A DNA stretch of 63,371 nt from an uncultured Nitrospirales bacterium (GCA_964542245.1 CAZITU010000004.1:1-63371), one strand, 5' to 3'. Shown: positions 24,953-34,731, counted from the first letter of the stretch. Made by a program: numbers and translations. Notes: generated by a model not told the origin, from the sequence alone.

Positions 24953-25969
24953 CTACTCTCTCCCGCCAGGGGAGAGGGAATCAATTTGGATTGCCTTCAA
25001 TGTCCGCTCCAGTCCTTCTTCGGTGCTGATCTTGGGCTCGTACCCCAGCTCGCGGCGCGCCTTCGAAATGTCGAAGTAATGCGCGGTCGCCAACTGGTCC
25101 GCCAGGAACCTGGTCATCCTCGGCTCACCCCGAAACGGCAGCACAGTATAGGCCATTTCCATGGCGGCTCCAACAGCCCTCGCCATTCCGTGCGACAACT
25201 TACGACGAACTCTCGGGATGCCGAGTCTCTCCAGGATCGTATTGATCCAGGTCCAGAGCACGACCGGAGTCCCCTGGGAGATGAAATAGGCCTGGCCGTT
25301 GACCGGGGAGCCTTCTTCTAAGTGGTCGGCCGCCAAGAGGTGCGCATCGGCCGCGTTCTCCACGTACACCACGTCCACCTTGTTCGTGCCATCCCCCACT
25401 TGGATCAACTCCCCTCGCCGTCCCCGCTCGATGATCCGTGGGAACAGGTGCGGGTCCCCAGGACCGAAGATCAAATGCGGCCGGAGGGATACCGTCAGGA
25501 GGCCATCGGCGCCGTTCGCCTGGAGGACAAGCCGTTCCGCCATCGCTTTGGTTGCGGGGTAAGGGCACTCGTATCGGGCGGGATACGGGACGGTCTCATC
25601 AGCATGCTCCAAGCCCCCGCGGGCCGACACAACGCTCGGCGTGCTCGTATAAATCAGCTTCCGCACACCGGCCTTGCGGCATCCGACAAGGACATTTTGC
25701 GTGCCGACGACGTTAGGGCCGAAGAACGCCTGCCACAGGCCCCAGTAGCCCGCCAGCGCTCCCACATGGAAGACCGTCTCCATGCCAAGGCATGACCGCT
25801 CGACCGCCGCCGCATCCTGAAGGTCGGCGCAAACCGCCTCCACGCCCCTCTTCTCCAGGTCAGGATAAGGCCGGCGTCCCAGGACTCGAACCGTGTCTCC
25901 TCGCGCCAGCAGCTTTGCGACGATACGCCGCCCGAGAAAGCCCCCGCCGCCGGTGACCAGCGCTTTCAT
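24953..25969 (-). CDS. oleD: 2-alkyl-3-oxoalkanoate reductase (3-beta-HSD-like SDR)
   Basis: VTGGGGFLG, YTSTPSV, YPATK (YxxxK). Fourth gene of an oleABCD-ordered set. Confidence 0.85.
   Translation of the reverse strand: MKALVTGGGGFLGRRIVAKLLARGDTVRVLGRRPYPDLEKRGVEAVCADLQDAAAVERSCLGMETVFHVGALAGYWGLWQAFFGPNVVGTQNVLVGCRKAGVRKLIYTSTPSVVSARGGLEHADETVPYPARYECPYPATKAMAERLVLQANGADGLLTVSLRPHLIFGPGDPHLFPRIIERGRRGELIQVGDGTNKVDVVYVENAADAHLLAADHLEEGSPVNGQAYFISQGTPVVLWTWINTILERLGIPRVRRKLSHGMARAVGAAMEMAYTVLPFRGEPRMTRFLADQLATAHYFDISKARRELGYEPKISTEEGLERTLKAIQIDSLSPGGRE
24956..24987. repeat. REP-like palindrome C (in oleD 3' end)
   Basis: CTCTCCC-gccag-GGGAGAG then ggaatcaattt, matching B2. Confidence 0.75.
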
Positions 25970-27639
25970 CGCAATCGCCCCGCGGCCCACACCGCAAGCT
26001 TGTCGCGCGAGATTTTCACATTGTGGCGGACATCCACCGGAAGCGAACGGTGGAACAAGACCGAGGCAATCCCCGTAGTTAATGGATTGGCCCTACCCAA
26101 CCGTAATAGTTCATCTTTGTACCGGGCTGTTTCGCTGGGAGTCGCGGGAAATTTTCCCGGGGATGGTTCGATGACAATCACCGGCCGCTGGTTCCCAATG
26201 GGACCGATCCCCACAAGGGCCGAGCGGAACACATCCGGGTGTTGGTTGAAGATTGCCTCACATGGATCAGTGAACAACGTCCCGGAGGCAGTCTGCACCC
26301 GGTCTGCCTTGCGTCCGCAGAACCAGACCCGGTCTTGGCTGTCGAGGTAGCCGACATCTCCCATGCGGTGCCACCAGGTGTCGCCGTCCTTGATCTTCGC
26401 CAGCGCCGTCGCCTGCTCGCGCTTGAAGTACTCCCGCGTGACGACAGGACCCTTGACGACGAGTTCGCCGATTTCGCCATGTGGGAGGACCAGCCGGTCG
26501 TCCCACGATGGAATGGCCTCATCGGTGATGCGGATGACCCGCAAGGTGATGCTCGGAAACATGCGACCGACACAGGTGCCTTTACCGGCGCGGGTCAGCA
26601 CGGCCGTCTCTTTTAGGACTTCGCGCGCCGTGATGGAGGAGACCGGCAGCGCCTCCGTCGCGCCGTAGGGCGTATGGGCGTCGGCGGCCTCTGGCAGAAC
26701 CTCCCGGACCCGTTCCAGCACAGCGGGCGACACGGGCGCCCCCGCCATGAGCACGCGCGTGAGGGAGGGCAAAGTCAGGCTCCGTTCTGCACAGTACCGG
26801 CCGACCCTGTCCCAGATGGCAGGGGAACCGAAAGACTGCGTGGCCTGATACCGCTGGAGATCGGCGACAAACTGTGCCGGGTTCACCTGGGCAGGGCGTG
26901 TAGGATCCATGTCGGGGACGACGACGGTCATGCCCATGACCACGCTGAAGAGGGCGAAGAGCGGAAAGGCCGCCAGGTCCACCTCGCCTTCCCGGATAGC
27001 GTAATAGTCGCGCAGCGCGCGCACCTGGGCGTCGAACATCCCATGCTCGTACACCACGCCCTTGGGAGCGCCCGTGCTGCCGGAGGTGAACAGGACGGCG
27101 GCGGTTTCATCTGAACGCGTGGGCGCGCACGGAAACTCCCGCCAGGTTGATCCGCGAATGTGAGCCAGCGTCGGGCCGCCCCAGAACCAACGACGCCCGA
27201 CCGTGACGACATGTCTCACGCTCTTAAATGAGCCGGGGAATAGTATCCGCGCTGCCTGGGCTTTGGAGACTGCAATGAAGGCTTCGGGCTCTGCCTCTTC
27301 GATGCACGCGAAGAGGTTAGCCTTGCCCATGCCGGGGTCTATCAAGACCGGAACAGCCCCCAATTTGAAGAGCGCAAAGGTCAGGCCGAAAAACTCCAGA
27401 CCTGGCCTGACCATTAAAACAGTTCGGGCGCCCCGTCCGATGCCCAGGCGGCTCAGGCCCCACGCGATCCGGTCGCTTTCCTCGTTAAGCTGCCGAAACG
27501 TGAGTCGAGCATCGCCGCCCTTGGGGAAGATAATCGCAGGCTGGTCTGGACGTCGGCCCGCCATCAGGAGCAGATGGGTCGCGATGTTGAGTAGGCCCGG
27601 TTCGGTTGCGGCGGTGTTCTGGGAGGCTGCGACCGTCAT
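25966..27639 (-). CDS. oleC: Olefin beta-lactone synthetase (ANL adenylating enzyme)
   Basis: FTSGSTGAPKG, PYGATEALPV, WHRMGDVG, PVDVRHNVKI. ATGA overlaps with oleB and oleD. Confidence 0.9.
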   Translation of the reverse strand: MTVAASQNTAATEPGLLNIATHLLLMAGRRPDQPAIIFPKGGDARLTFRQLNEESDRIAWGLSRLGIGRGARTVLMVRPGLEFFGLTFALFKLGAVPVLIDPGMGKANLFACIEEAEPEAFIAVSKAQAARILFPGSFKSVRHVVTVGRRWFWGGPTLAHIRGSTWREFPCAPTRSDETAAVLFTSGSTGAPKGVVYEHGMFDAQVRALRDYYAIREGEVDLAAFPLFALFSVVMGMTVVVPDMDPTRPAQVNPAQFVADLQRYQATQSFGSPAIWDRVGRYCAERSLTLPSLTRVLMAGAPVSPAVLERVREVLPEAADAHTPYGATEALPVSSITAREVLKETAVLTRAGKGTCVGRMFPSITLRVIRITDEAIPSWDDRLVLPHGEIGELVVKGPVVTREYFKREQATALAKIKDGDTWWHRMGDVGYLDSQDRVWFCGRKADRVQTASGTLFTDPCEAIFNQHPDVFRSALVGIGPIGNQRPVIVIEPSPGKFPATPSETARYKDELLRLGRANPLTTGIASVLFHRSLPVDVRHNVKISRDKLAVWAAGRLR

Positions 27640-28517
27640 GGGACCGGATGCTTGGCGAAGAACTCGCGGACCCAGGGAATGATCCGCTCGTGCGCGTCCT
27701 CGACCACGTAATGGCCGGCATCGGGAACCCGTCGGACCTCCGCATTGGGAAATCGCTTCTGCCACGTAGACAGAAACTCCGTCGTGAAACACCAGTCCTG
27801 CTCGCCCCAGATGAGCAGCATCGGGTGGTCCTTGAAGGCCGCCAGTCCCCTTCCGATCTCGTCCACCAGCGTGTAGGTCGGATGGGACGGGCGCATCGGA
27901 ATGTCTTGCACGAAGCGCAGGAGGGCGACACGATTCGCGTAACTGTCGTACGGGGCCCGGTACCCGGATTTCACGGCCGGCGTCATGCGCTCAGGTTTGG
28001 CGCTGGCCATGAAGGGCGCCAGGCCGGCGAAGGCGTTGAATCCGCGGACCGCCACCGCGCCGAAGAGGGGCAGCTTGCAGATGTTGATCCGGAAGGGAAT
28101 CCGGGTTGCCGGAAAAGCCGCGGAGTTGAAGATGATGAAGCGCTTGATTCGATCCGGGTGGCGCACCGCATAGCCCATCCCGATAGGCCCTCCCCAGTCG
28201 TGCAGGAACAGCGTCATGCGGTCGAGCTTGAGCGACTCCAACAGGGCTTCCAGGTTGGTGATGTGCTGTTCCAGGGTATATGGGTACTCCTGGGGCTTGT
28301 CGGAGAGGCCGCAGCCCATGTGATCGGGGGCAATGACCCGTGACGTCTTGCGGAACTCAGCAATCAGGGTGCGGTAGTAGAAAGACCACGTCGGATTACC
28401 GTGGAGCATGACGAGAGGATCGCCGTCCTGCCCCTCGTCCACATAGTGATATCGCAAGCCTGCAAGGCTCAGGAAATGGGACTGAAAGGGGTAGAGGTCC
28501 CGGAAGGAGTCCGCCAT
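27636..28517 (-). CDS. oleB: Beta-lactone decarboxylase (haloalkane-dehalogenase-like hydrolase)
   Basis: HGNPTWSFYY, HDWGG nucleophile, GHYVVEDA. Confidence 0.88.
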   Translation of the reverse strand: MADSFRDLYPFQSHFLSLAGLRYHYVDEGQDGDPLVMLHGNPTWSFYYRTLIAEFRKTSRVIAPDHMGCGLSDKPQEYPYTLEQHITNLEALLESLKLDRMTLFLHDWGGPIGMGYAVRHPDRIKRFIIFNSAAFPATRIPFRINICKLPLFGAVAVRGFNAFAGLAPFMASAKPERMTPAVKSGYRAPYDSYANRVALLRFVQDIPMRPSHPTYTLVDEIGRGLAAFKDHPMLLIWGEQDWCFTTEFLSTWQKRFPNAEVRRVPDAGHYVVEDAHERIIPWVREFFAKHPVP

Positions 28518-28531
28518 CCTCACCGGGCTCC

Positions 28532-29578
28532 CTACCAGGTGACGCCCAGCATCAGGCAGTTCAGGCCGCTGCCGATGCCCAGCAGGGCCAGCCTCTCGGA
28601 ACGCTTGATGTTGCCGGCCTCGATGCTGAGCGCCATCGTGATGGGTAAAGACACCGACCCCATGTTGCCCAGGAACTCGACGGTCGGGTAGTCAATCGCG
28701 GGGTCCAGTTTCAAGGTCTCGAACAGCAGGCGGCGGTGGGCGACGCCTACCTGATGGCAGAAGGTCTTGGTCACGTCCTGATCGCTCCAGACCAGTTCCC
28801 GCTTGAAATCAAGCCAGGTCCGGCCGGCCAGTTCGCATCCCCGGTGCAGGAGCTCCTCCGATTGCGTGGACATTTCCGGCCGGCTGTCGGCATCCAGCCC
28901 CGTATCGGCGCTGCCGCGGCAGAGGTCATTTTGCTCCGAGTCGGTGCGCACGACCCCGCCGGCGAGCGCATGGCCGCTCTTTGAGACGGACGCGTGGGTC
29001 ATAACGATCGCGGCCGCCCCGGAACCGATGGTGAGGGAGGCGAAGGCGTCCTTGAATTTCTTCCGGGTCATGCTGGGGTCTGAGAGGAGTTGTTGAATCG
29101 TCGTTTCGACCAGCGGCTTCCCGTTCTCCCCTGCGACGAGGAGTCCGCGCGTGATCTGTCCCAATTCGATCATATTGCCCAGCGTCACCATGCCGTTCAG
29201 CATGCCGAGACAGGCGTTGGAGATGTCGAAGAGCACGGCTTGCGGCGAGATCTTCAGCCGCTCGTGAACGACGGATGCCGTCGCCGGCTCCAGGAAATCA
29301 CGGGATACGGAACAGTGGAGGATACATTCGATCTCATGTCCGAGGACTCCTGCCTGGTCGAGCGCCTTTCTGCCGGCCAGCGCAGCGGCGTCGCTGGGCC
29401 TCGTGCCCTCGTCCCAGAACCGCCGCTCGCGGATGCCGCTCATCAGCTCCAGCCGCCCGTAAGGAAGCTGGAGTCTGTCATACAGAGGCGCGAGGCGCGC
29501 TTCGATCTCGGCCGAGGTGACGACGTGCTTCGGTAGCTCGTACCCGATGGACTCGATGCAGACCGTGGAATAGCGCAT
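28532..29578 (-). CDS. oleA: Acyl-CoA:acyl-CoA alkyltransferase (head-to-head condensing thiolase)
   Basis: SRDFLEPATAS (catalytic Glu), DISNACLG (Cys), CHQVG (His), GNMGSVS (Asn). Confidence 0.9.
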   Translation of the reverse strand: MRYSTVCIESIGYELPKHVVTSAEIEARLAPLYDRLQLPYGRLELMSGIRERRFWDEGTRPSDAAALAGRKALDQAGVLGHEIECILHCSVSRDFLEPATASVVHERLKISPQAVLFDISNACLGMLNGMVTLGNMIELGQITRGLLVAGENGKPLVETTIQQLLSDPSMTRKKFKDAFASLTIGSGAAAIVMTHASVSKSGHALAGGVVRTDSEQNDLCRGSADTGLDADSRPEMSTQSEELLHRGCELAGRTWLDFKRELVWSDQDVTKTFCHQVGVAHRRLLFETLKLDPAIDYPTVEFLGNMGSVSLPITMALSIEAGNIKRSERLALLGIGSGLNCLMLGVTW

Positions 29579-29637
29579 GGGCGGTTGACCCTGAAGGCCT
29601 AGGTATTTTTCCTATAGAGAGTGTCTAGGTCACCGCC

Positions 29638-29711
29638 ATTCTAAACAAGCCCGTCCGGGAGGGTCAAGGACGTTCACGCGATTTGCTTTACGGTCGAGGC
29701 GGGCCTAGAAT
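29638..29711. promoter_or_regulatory. Back-to-back sigma70 promoters for the ole/fab operon (-) and the macrodomain gene (+)
   Basis: Minus strand TTGACC-N18-TAGAAT (29667-29638). Plus strand TTGCTT-N17-TAGAAT (29683-29711). Confidence 0.6.
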
Positions 29712-29738
29712 CCGGCCGGAGTTAGTTGGGGCTCCAAG

Positions 29739-30266
29739 GTGGCGAAGATGCACCATAGAATCTCCGTCGTCGAAGGGAACATCACCGAGCAGACGGTGGA
29801 TGCGATCGTCAACGCGGCGAATCATTCGCTGCTCGGCGGGGGCGGCGTGGATGGGGCCATTCACCGGGCGGCCGGGCCAGGCCTCGTGGAAGAATGCCGG
29901 GGGCTGGGCGGGTGCGCCACGGGGGAAGCCAAGATCACAAAGGGCTACAACCTCCCCGCCCGGTGGGTCATCCACACCGTCGGCCCTGTCTGGCATGGCG
30001 GCCAGCATGGGGAAGATGAACTCCTGGCGGGTTGTTATCGAAACTGTCTCGCGCTGGTCGAACGGCATGCCATCCGGACAGTCGCGTTTCCATCCATCAG
30101 CACGGGCGCCTACGGCTTTCCGATCGAGCGTGCTGCTCGAATCGCGATCACCGAAATAAGAGCCTTTCTTGACCAAGACACTTCCCTTGAGAAGGTCATC
30201 CTCGTGTCCTTCGGGACAAAGGCCTTCCAAGCTCACATGTCGGCGGTGCAGGAACTCATTGGGTGA
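29739..30266 (+). CDS. ymdB: Macrodomain O-acetyl-ADP-ribose deacetylase
   Basis: [46 protein letters not shown]. Confidence 0.92.
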   Translation: MAKMHHRISVVEGNITEQTVDAIVNAANHSLLGGGGVDGAIHRAAGPGLVEECRGLGGCATGEAKITKGYNLPARWVIHTVGPVWHGGQHGEDELLAGCYRNCLALVERHAIRTVAFPSISTGAYGFPIERAARIAITEIRAFLDQDTSLEKVILVSFGTKAFQAHMSAVQELIG

Positions 30267-30281
30267 GTCCGGCCGGGCCGA

Positions 30282-33200
30282 TCAGGAGGAAGGCGGGCCC
30301 AGCTCTTCCTTGCGCGGGAAGCGCTCTTCCAGAATCGTGTAGAGGGTCGGTATCAGGAACAGTGTCAGCGTGGTGGATACCGTGAGCCCACCAATGACTG
30401 CCCGGGCCAGCGGCGCGTTGGTCTCCCCGCCGGTGCCGAGCCCCAGCGCCATCGGCAGCAGGCCGAAGACCGTGGCCAGCGATGTCATGAGGATGGGCCG
30501 CAACCGGATCCGCGCTGCCTTGACGACCGCCTCGTGAAGCTCGATCCCGCGTCGGCGGAGGACGTTCGTATAGTCCACCAGGAGCACGCCGTTCGAAACC
30601 ACGATCCCCAGCAGCATGATGACGCCCATAAAGGACGTGATCGACAGAGTAGTGCCGGTCAGAAACAGCATCACGATTACTCCGGGGAATCCCATAGGGA
30701 TCGAAAACATGATGATGAAAGGATCAACAAGGGATTTGAATTGAGCTGCCATGACCATGTAGACGAGAATCAGCGCCAGGGGCAAGGCTAAAAAAATTAA
30801 ATTCTGGAAAGCCTCCTGTTGCTGCTGGATCTGCCCGGCCAGTCGGATGCCGAACCCCTCTGGAAGCCGAAGAGTCGCAAACCGCGCCTCTAACTCTTCA
30901 GCAATGGAACCGAGATCGCGGTCCACCGGATTGGCCGTGATGTGCACCACCCGCTGGAAATACTTGCGGTCGATTTTCACCGGGCCCGAGTTGAGCGTAA
31001 GACTCGCGACGTTCTTCAGCAGGACCGGGCTCCCGGACGGCGTGGCCAGGATGATCCGTTCCAGGTCGCTCAAGTTGCTGCGGTACTCTTCCGCCAGCCA
31101 GGCGCTGATGTAGTACTCGTTCCCGTTCTGGGGATCGGTGAAGATGATCGGATCAACCTGGCCGTTGCCGTTGAGCGAGTACAGCACCGCATTGGCCACG
31201 TCCGTCTCGCTGATGCCGAGCAGCGCGGCCTTTTCCCGGTCCACCGCGACGTTGACTTCCGGATAGTTCTCTTCCCGGCTGATCTGGATGTCGGCCAGGC
31301 CCGCAACCTGGTGCATGACGGCGTCCACCTGGCGGACGACCTGGCGGGCTTTTTCCATGTCGTATCCGTAAATCTCCACGTCCACCGCAGCCTGCGAGCC
31401 GAAGCTGGTGATCCGCTTGACGATCCCGCCGGGGTCGAAGATCATCAGCACGCCGGGAAACAGCTTGACCGCCTTGGACCGCACCTCGTTCATGATCTGG
31501 ACCTGGTTACGCTTCCGCTTGTCCGGCGGCAGCAGGTACACCTGCACAATCGCCGTATGCGGCCCCGTGTTGGGATTGAACAGCGAGGACCGGCCCTGCG
31601 CCAGCACGCCGGTGCTGGAGACGATGGTGCCCAGCTCGTTCGGCTTGACTGTCTCGCGTATGACCCGTTCGACCTCGGCCACCTGTTGCTCCGTCTTCTC
31701 CACCCGCTGGCCCACCGGCGCACGCACGATGATCCGGAACTGGCTTTCGTCCGTCACAGGAATGAACTCGCTTCCGATCAAGGGCACCAGGGCCAGCGAT
31801 CCGGCGAAGACCAGGATGACCGAACCGATCAGAATCCTGCGATGGCCCAGCGCCCAGGTCAGCAGTTCCTGGTAGCGGACGTCCAACCGCTCGTACTTGT
31901 CCCGGCTCCATTCCATGAACCGGGCCAGCCAGCCCGGCATGGATCGGATCGCCTCGTGTTCCGGCTTCACGAATTTGTAACAGAGCGCCGGGGTCACGGT
32001 CCGGGACACGAAGAAGGACGTGAACAGGGCGATCGTGATCGTGAACACCAGCGGGATGAACAGGAGCTTGGCGATGCCCACCAAGAAGAAGATCGGCAGG
32101 AATACTACGACGGTCGTCACAGTCGAGGCGAAGATCGGCATCGCCACCTCGCGGGCCGCTTCCAGGACCGCCTCCCACCGCGACTGCCCGGTGTTCAGGT
32201 GGCGCTGGATGTTCTCCAGCTCCACAATCGAGTCGTCCACCAACCGTCCGATGCCCAGGGCCAATCCGCCCATCGTCATGATGTTCAGGGTCTGGCCGGT
32301 AAAGTAAAGCGTGATGAAGGTGACGAGCACGGAGAGCGGAATGGCCACCGAGATGATCAGCGTGCTGGTGATGTTGCGCAGGAACACCAGGATCACGGCG
32401 GCCGCCAGGAGCGACCCCTCCACAGCCTGGGTGATGAGGTTCTTGATGGACTGCCGGATGTACACCGACTGATCGAAGGAGATTCCCAGCCTCACGCCGG
32501 GGGGGATCCCGACCATCTTCGGCAGGGCCTTCCTGAGCGCGTCCACCACTTCCACGGTGTTCGCGTTCGGCTGCTTGTTCACGCGTAGGTAGACCGACCG
32601 CCGGCCATCCGTCCGCACGATGTTCGTCTGGATGTCCGAGGAGTCGGTCACAGTTCCGAGATCACGCACCCGCACCGGCGTCCTTTCCGGCGTCGTCTTC
32701 ACGATCACGTCGTTGATCGGCTCGGCGCTCTTGAACTGCGTATTCGTGAACACGTTGTAATCGAGGTTGCCGGCCTTCAGATCGCCGGACGGGAGGATTA
32801 GGTTCGACGCCTTGACCGCTTTGACGACATCCAGGATCGAGAGCCCCCGCGCCTGCAGCAGCGCCGGGTCCAGATTGATGTTGATCTGGCGGACCCTGCC
32901 GCCTTCGACCGTCGCCGCCGCGACATTGGGCAATTGCTCGACCTGGGGCGCGATCGTGTTGAACGCCAGATCGTAGAGGGCCCGTTCATCCAGATTGCCG
33001 CCGGAGACGGTCACGAAGGCGACCGGGATGTTCGAGACGTCGAACTTGACGATGAACGGCTGGAGGATGCCGGGCGGGAGCTGGTTCAGGATCTGGGTGA
33101 CGCGCTGCATCACCTCCATCTGGCCCACGTTGATGTCCGCCCCCCAGTTGAACCACACCTGGACCGCCCCGATGCCCTGCTTGGAGAACGACTCCACGTG

Positions 33201-33434
33201 TTCCACGTTCGAGGCGGAGCTGACCGCCTTTTCGATGGGGTAGACGACGCTCTGCTCGATGTCAATGGGCGGCGCGCCCTTGTAGATGACCCCGACGAAG
33301 GCGACGGGCACTTGGATCTGGGGAAAGAGGTCCCGCGGCAGGCGGTCCAGGGAGATCGCCCCCAGCACGACCATCGCGAGCGACAGCATCAGGATGCCGA
33401 TGCGGTTACGGAGCGCGAGGAGAGTCAGCCACAT
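30282..33434 (-). CDS. RND efflux permease (AcrB family)
   Basis: 1050 aa, GRLVDDSIVELEN, GIVVSNGVLLVD, RLRPILMTSLAT. Confidence 0.95.
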   Translation of the reverse strand: MWLTLLALRNRIGILMLSLAMVVLGAISLDRLPRDLFPQIQVPVAFVGVIYKGAPPIDIEQSVVYPIEKAVSSASNVEHVESFSKQGIGAVQVWFNWGADINVGQMEVMQRVTQILNQLPPGILQPFIVKFDVSNIPVAFVTVSGGNLDERALYDLAFNTIAPQVEQLPNVAAATVEGGRVRQININLDPALLQARGLSILDVVKAVKASNLILPSGDLKAGNLDYNVFTNTQFKSAEPINDVIVKTTPERTPVRVRDLGTVTDSSDIQTNIVRTDGRRSVYLRVNKQPNANTVEVVDALRKALPKMVGIPPGVRLGISFDQSVYIRQSIKNLITQAVEGSLLAAAVILVFLRNITSTLIISVAIPLSVLVTFITLYFTGQTLNIMTMGGLALGIGRLVDDSIVELENIQRHLNTGQSRWEAVLEAAREVAMPIFASTVTTVVVFLPIFFLVGIAKLLFIPLVFTITIALFTSFFVSRTVTPALCYKFVKPEHEAIRSMPGWLARFMEWSRDKYERLDVRYQELLTWALGHRRILIGSVILVFAGSLALVPLIGSEFIPVTDESQFRIIVRAPVGQRVEKTEQQVAEVERVIRETVKPNELGTIVSSTGVLAQGRSSLFNPNTGPHTAIVQVYLLPPDKRKRNQVQIMNEVRSKAVKLFPGVLMIFDPGGIVKRITSFGSQAAVDVEIYGYDMEKARQVVRQVDAVMHQVAGLADIQISREENYPEVNVAVDREKAALLGISETDVANAVLYSLNGNGQVDPIIFTDPQNGNEYYISAWLAEEYRSNLSDLERIILATPSGSPVLLKNVASLTLNSGPVKIDRKYFQRVVHITANPVDRDLGSIAEELEARFATLRLPEGFGIRLAGQIQQQQEAFQNLIFLALPLALILVYMVMAAQFKSLVDPFIIMFSIPMGFPGVIVMLFLTGTTLSITSFMGVIMLLGIVVSNGVLLVDYTNVLRRRGIELHEAVVKAARIRLRPILMTSLATVFGLLPMALGLGTGGETNAPLARAVIGGLTVSTTLTLFLIPTLYTILEERFPRKEELGPPSS

Positions 33435-33456
33435 ACGCTTGATCTGGGGCTGAGGA

Positions 33457-33506
33457 CCCCCTCTCCCTCACCCTCCCCCTCGAGGGGGGAGGGATGGGTG
33501 GGGGTG
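33457..33506. repeat. REP-like palindrome D (intergenic in RND operon)
   Basis: ccctctccctca-CCCTCCCCC-tcgag-GGGGGAGGG-atgggtggggg. Confidence 0.8.
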
Positions 33507-33522
33507 AACCATTGCGTATTCA

Positions 33523-34731
33523 TCACTGGGCCCGCGGCTGGGAGGCCGGGGAGCCGGCCGCGTTCGTCGGCTTGGCGTCCACCTTGACGCCGTCCGTCAC
33601 GAGGTCTTTGCCGGAAACAATGACCGGCTCGGTTCCTGTCAACCCTTTGACGATCTCGATCATTCCGTTGCTTCGGATGCCCAGTTCGACCGGCACTTTC
33701 CGGGCCTTGCCGTCCTGCATGGTATAGACATACTGGTCAGACTCCAGACGGGTGACCGCATCAATCGGAATCTGCAACGCATTCGCGTGGACACCGACCA
33801 GGAGTTCGACCCTGGCGAACATGCCGCCTTTGAGGGCGCGATCCTGATTAGGAATGTCCACTTCCACCTTCATGGTCCGCGTATTCGGGTCCAGAGCCTG
33901 GACGACGCGCGTCACTTTGCCCGTGAAGACGCGGCTCGGATACGCGTCCGCGCGGAGCTCGGCCGGTTGACCGATCTTCACGAGCGGCACGTCTTTCTCG
34001 ACCACATCCACCAGCACGCGCACGGTCGTGATGTCCTGCAAGACCAGGATCCCACGCGACAAGGTTGAGGTGCTGGCGGTCGAGCCTGATACGAAGGCGC
34101 CGGCGTCTAGGTTCCGCACGGAGATGGACCCCGCAAAAGGCGCCCGGATGTACGAGTACGTCAGGTTCGTCTCGGCCTGCTGAAGCGCCACCTCCATCTG
34201 GTGCACCTGGGCCTGCAGCGAGTCCACTTGCGCGACCGCCACGTCATAGGCCGCCTGCGCGTTGTCCACATCTTGTTGCGAGATATACTGGTCCTTGATG
34301 AGCGTCCGCATCCGGTCCAGATTCAGTTTCGCGTTGCGGATGGTCGCCTCCTGGCTCACAACATTCGCGCGCGCGGCCGCCAGGTTGGCTTTGGCGCGAT
34401 TCACCGCATGCACGTAATCGGTATGATCAACCTCCACCAGCAACTGGCCCGCCTTGACGTAATCTCCCTTGTCCACGTAGATGTTGGAGATGTAGCCGTC
34501 AACCCTCGAGAAAATGTTGACCTGCTGGTAGGGCTGGATGTCGGCCGTATACACCAGGCGCACGTCGAGGTCCTTCCGGACTGGAACGATCGTGCCGACG
34601 CTGATCACGCGCTCCTTCCGTGGGTCTTTTTTGGCCCCGCTGCTCGCGAGACGAAAAGCCACGAGCGCGACCAGCGCCAGGACAAGGATGCCTACGACGG
34701 TCAAGAGAGGATGGCGTTTGAATCGGCTCAT
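33523..34731 (-). CDS. RND periplasmic adaptor (MFP)
   Basis: N-terminal TM, GDYVKAGQLL lipoyl-like motif, helical hairpin, IRAPFAG. Confidence 0.93.
   Translation of the reverse strand: MSRFKRHPLLTVVGILVLALVALVAFRLASSGAKKDPRKERVISVGTIVPVRKDLDVRLVYTADIQPYQQVNIFSRVDGYISNIYVDKGDYVKAGQLLVEVDHTDYVHAVNRAKANLAAARANVVSQEATIRNAKLNLDRMRTLIKDQYISQQDVDNAQAAYDVAVAQVDSLQAQVHQMEVALQQAETNLTYSYIRAPFAGSISVRNLDAGAFVSGSTASTSTLSRGILVLQDITTVRVLVDVVEKDVPLVKIGQPAELRADAYPSRVFTGKVTRVVQALDPNTRTMKVEVDIPNQDRALKGGMFARVELLVGVHANALQIPIDAVTRLESDQYVYTMQDGKARKVPVELGIRSNGMIEIVKGLTGTEPVIVSGKDLVTDGVKVDAKPTNAAGSPASQPRAQ

Noticed and set aside
27636-27639. OleBC fusion
   Set aside because: oleB has its own TGA overlapping the oleC ATG in a different frame.
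29739-30266. Macrodomain as part of an ADP-ribosylation defence system or the ole cluster
   Set aside because: Ordinary YmdB-like sequence with its own promoter and no ADP-ribosyltransferase or sirtuin partner.
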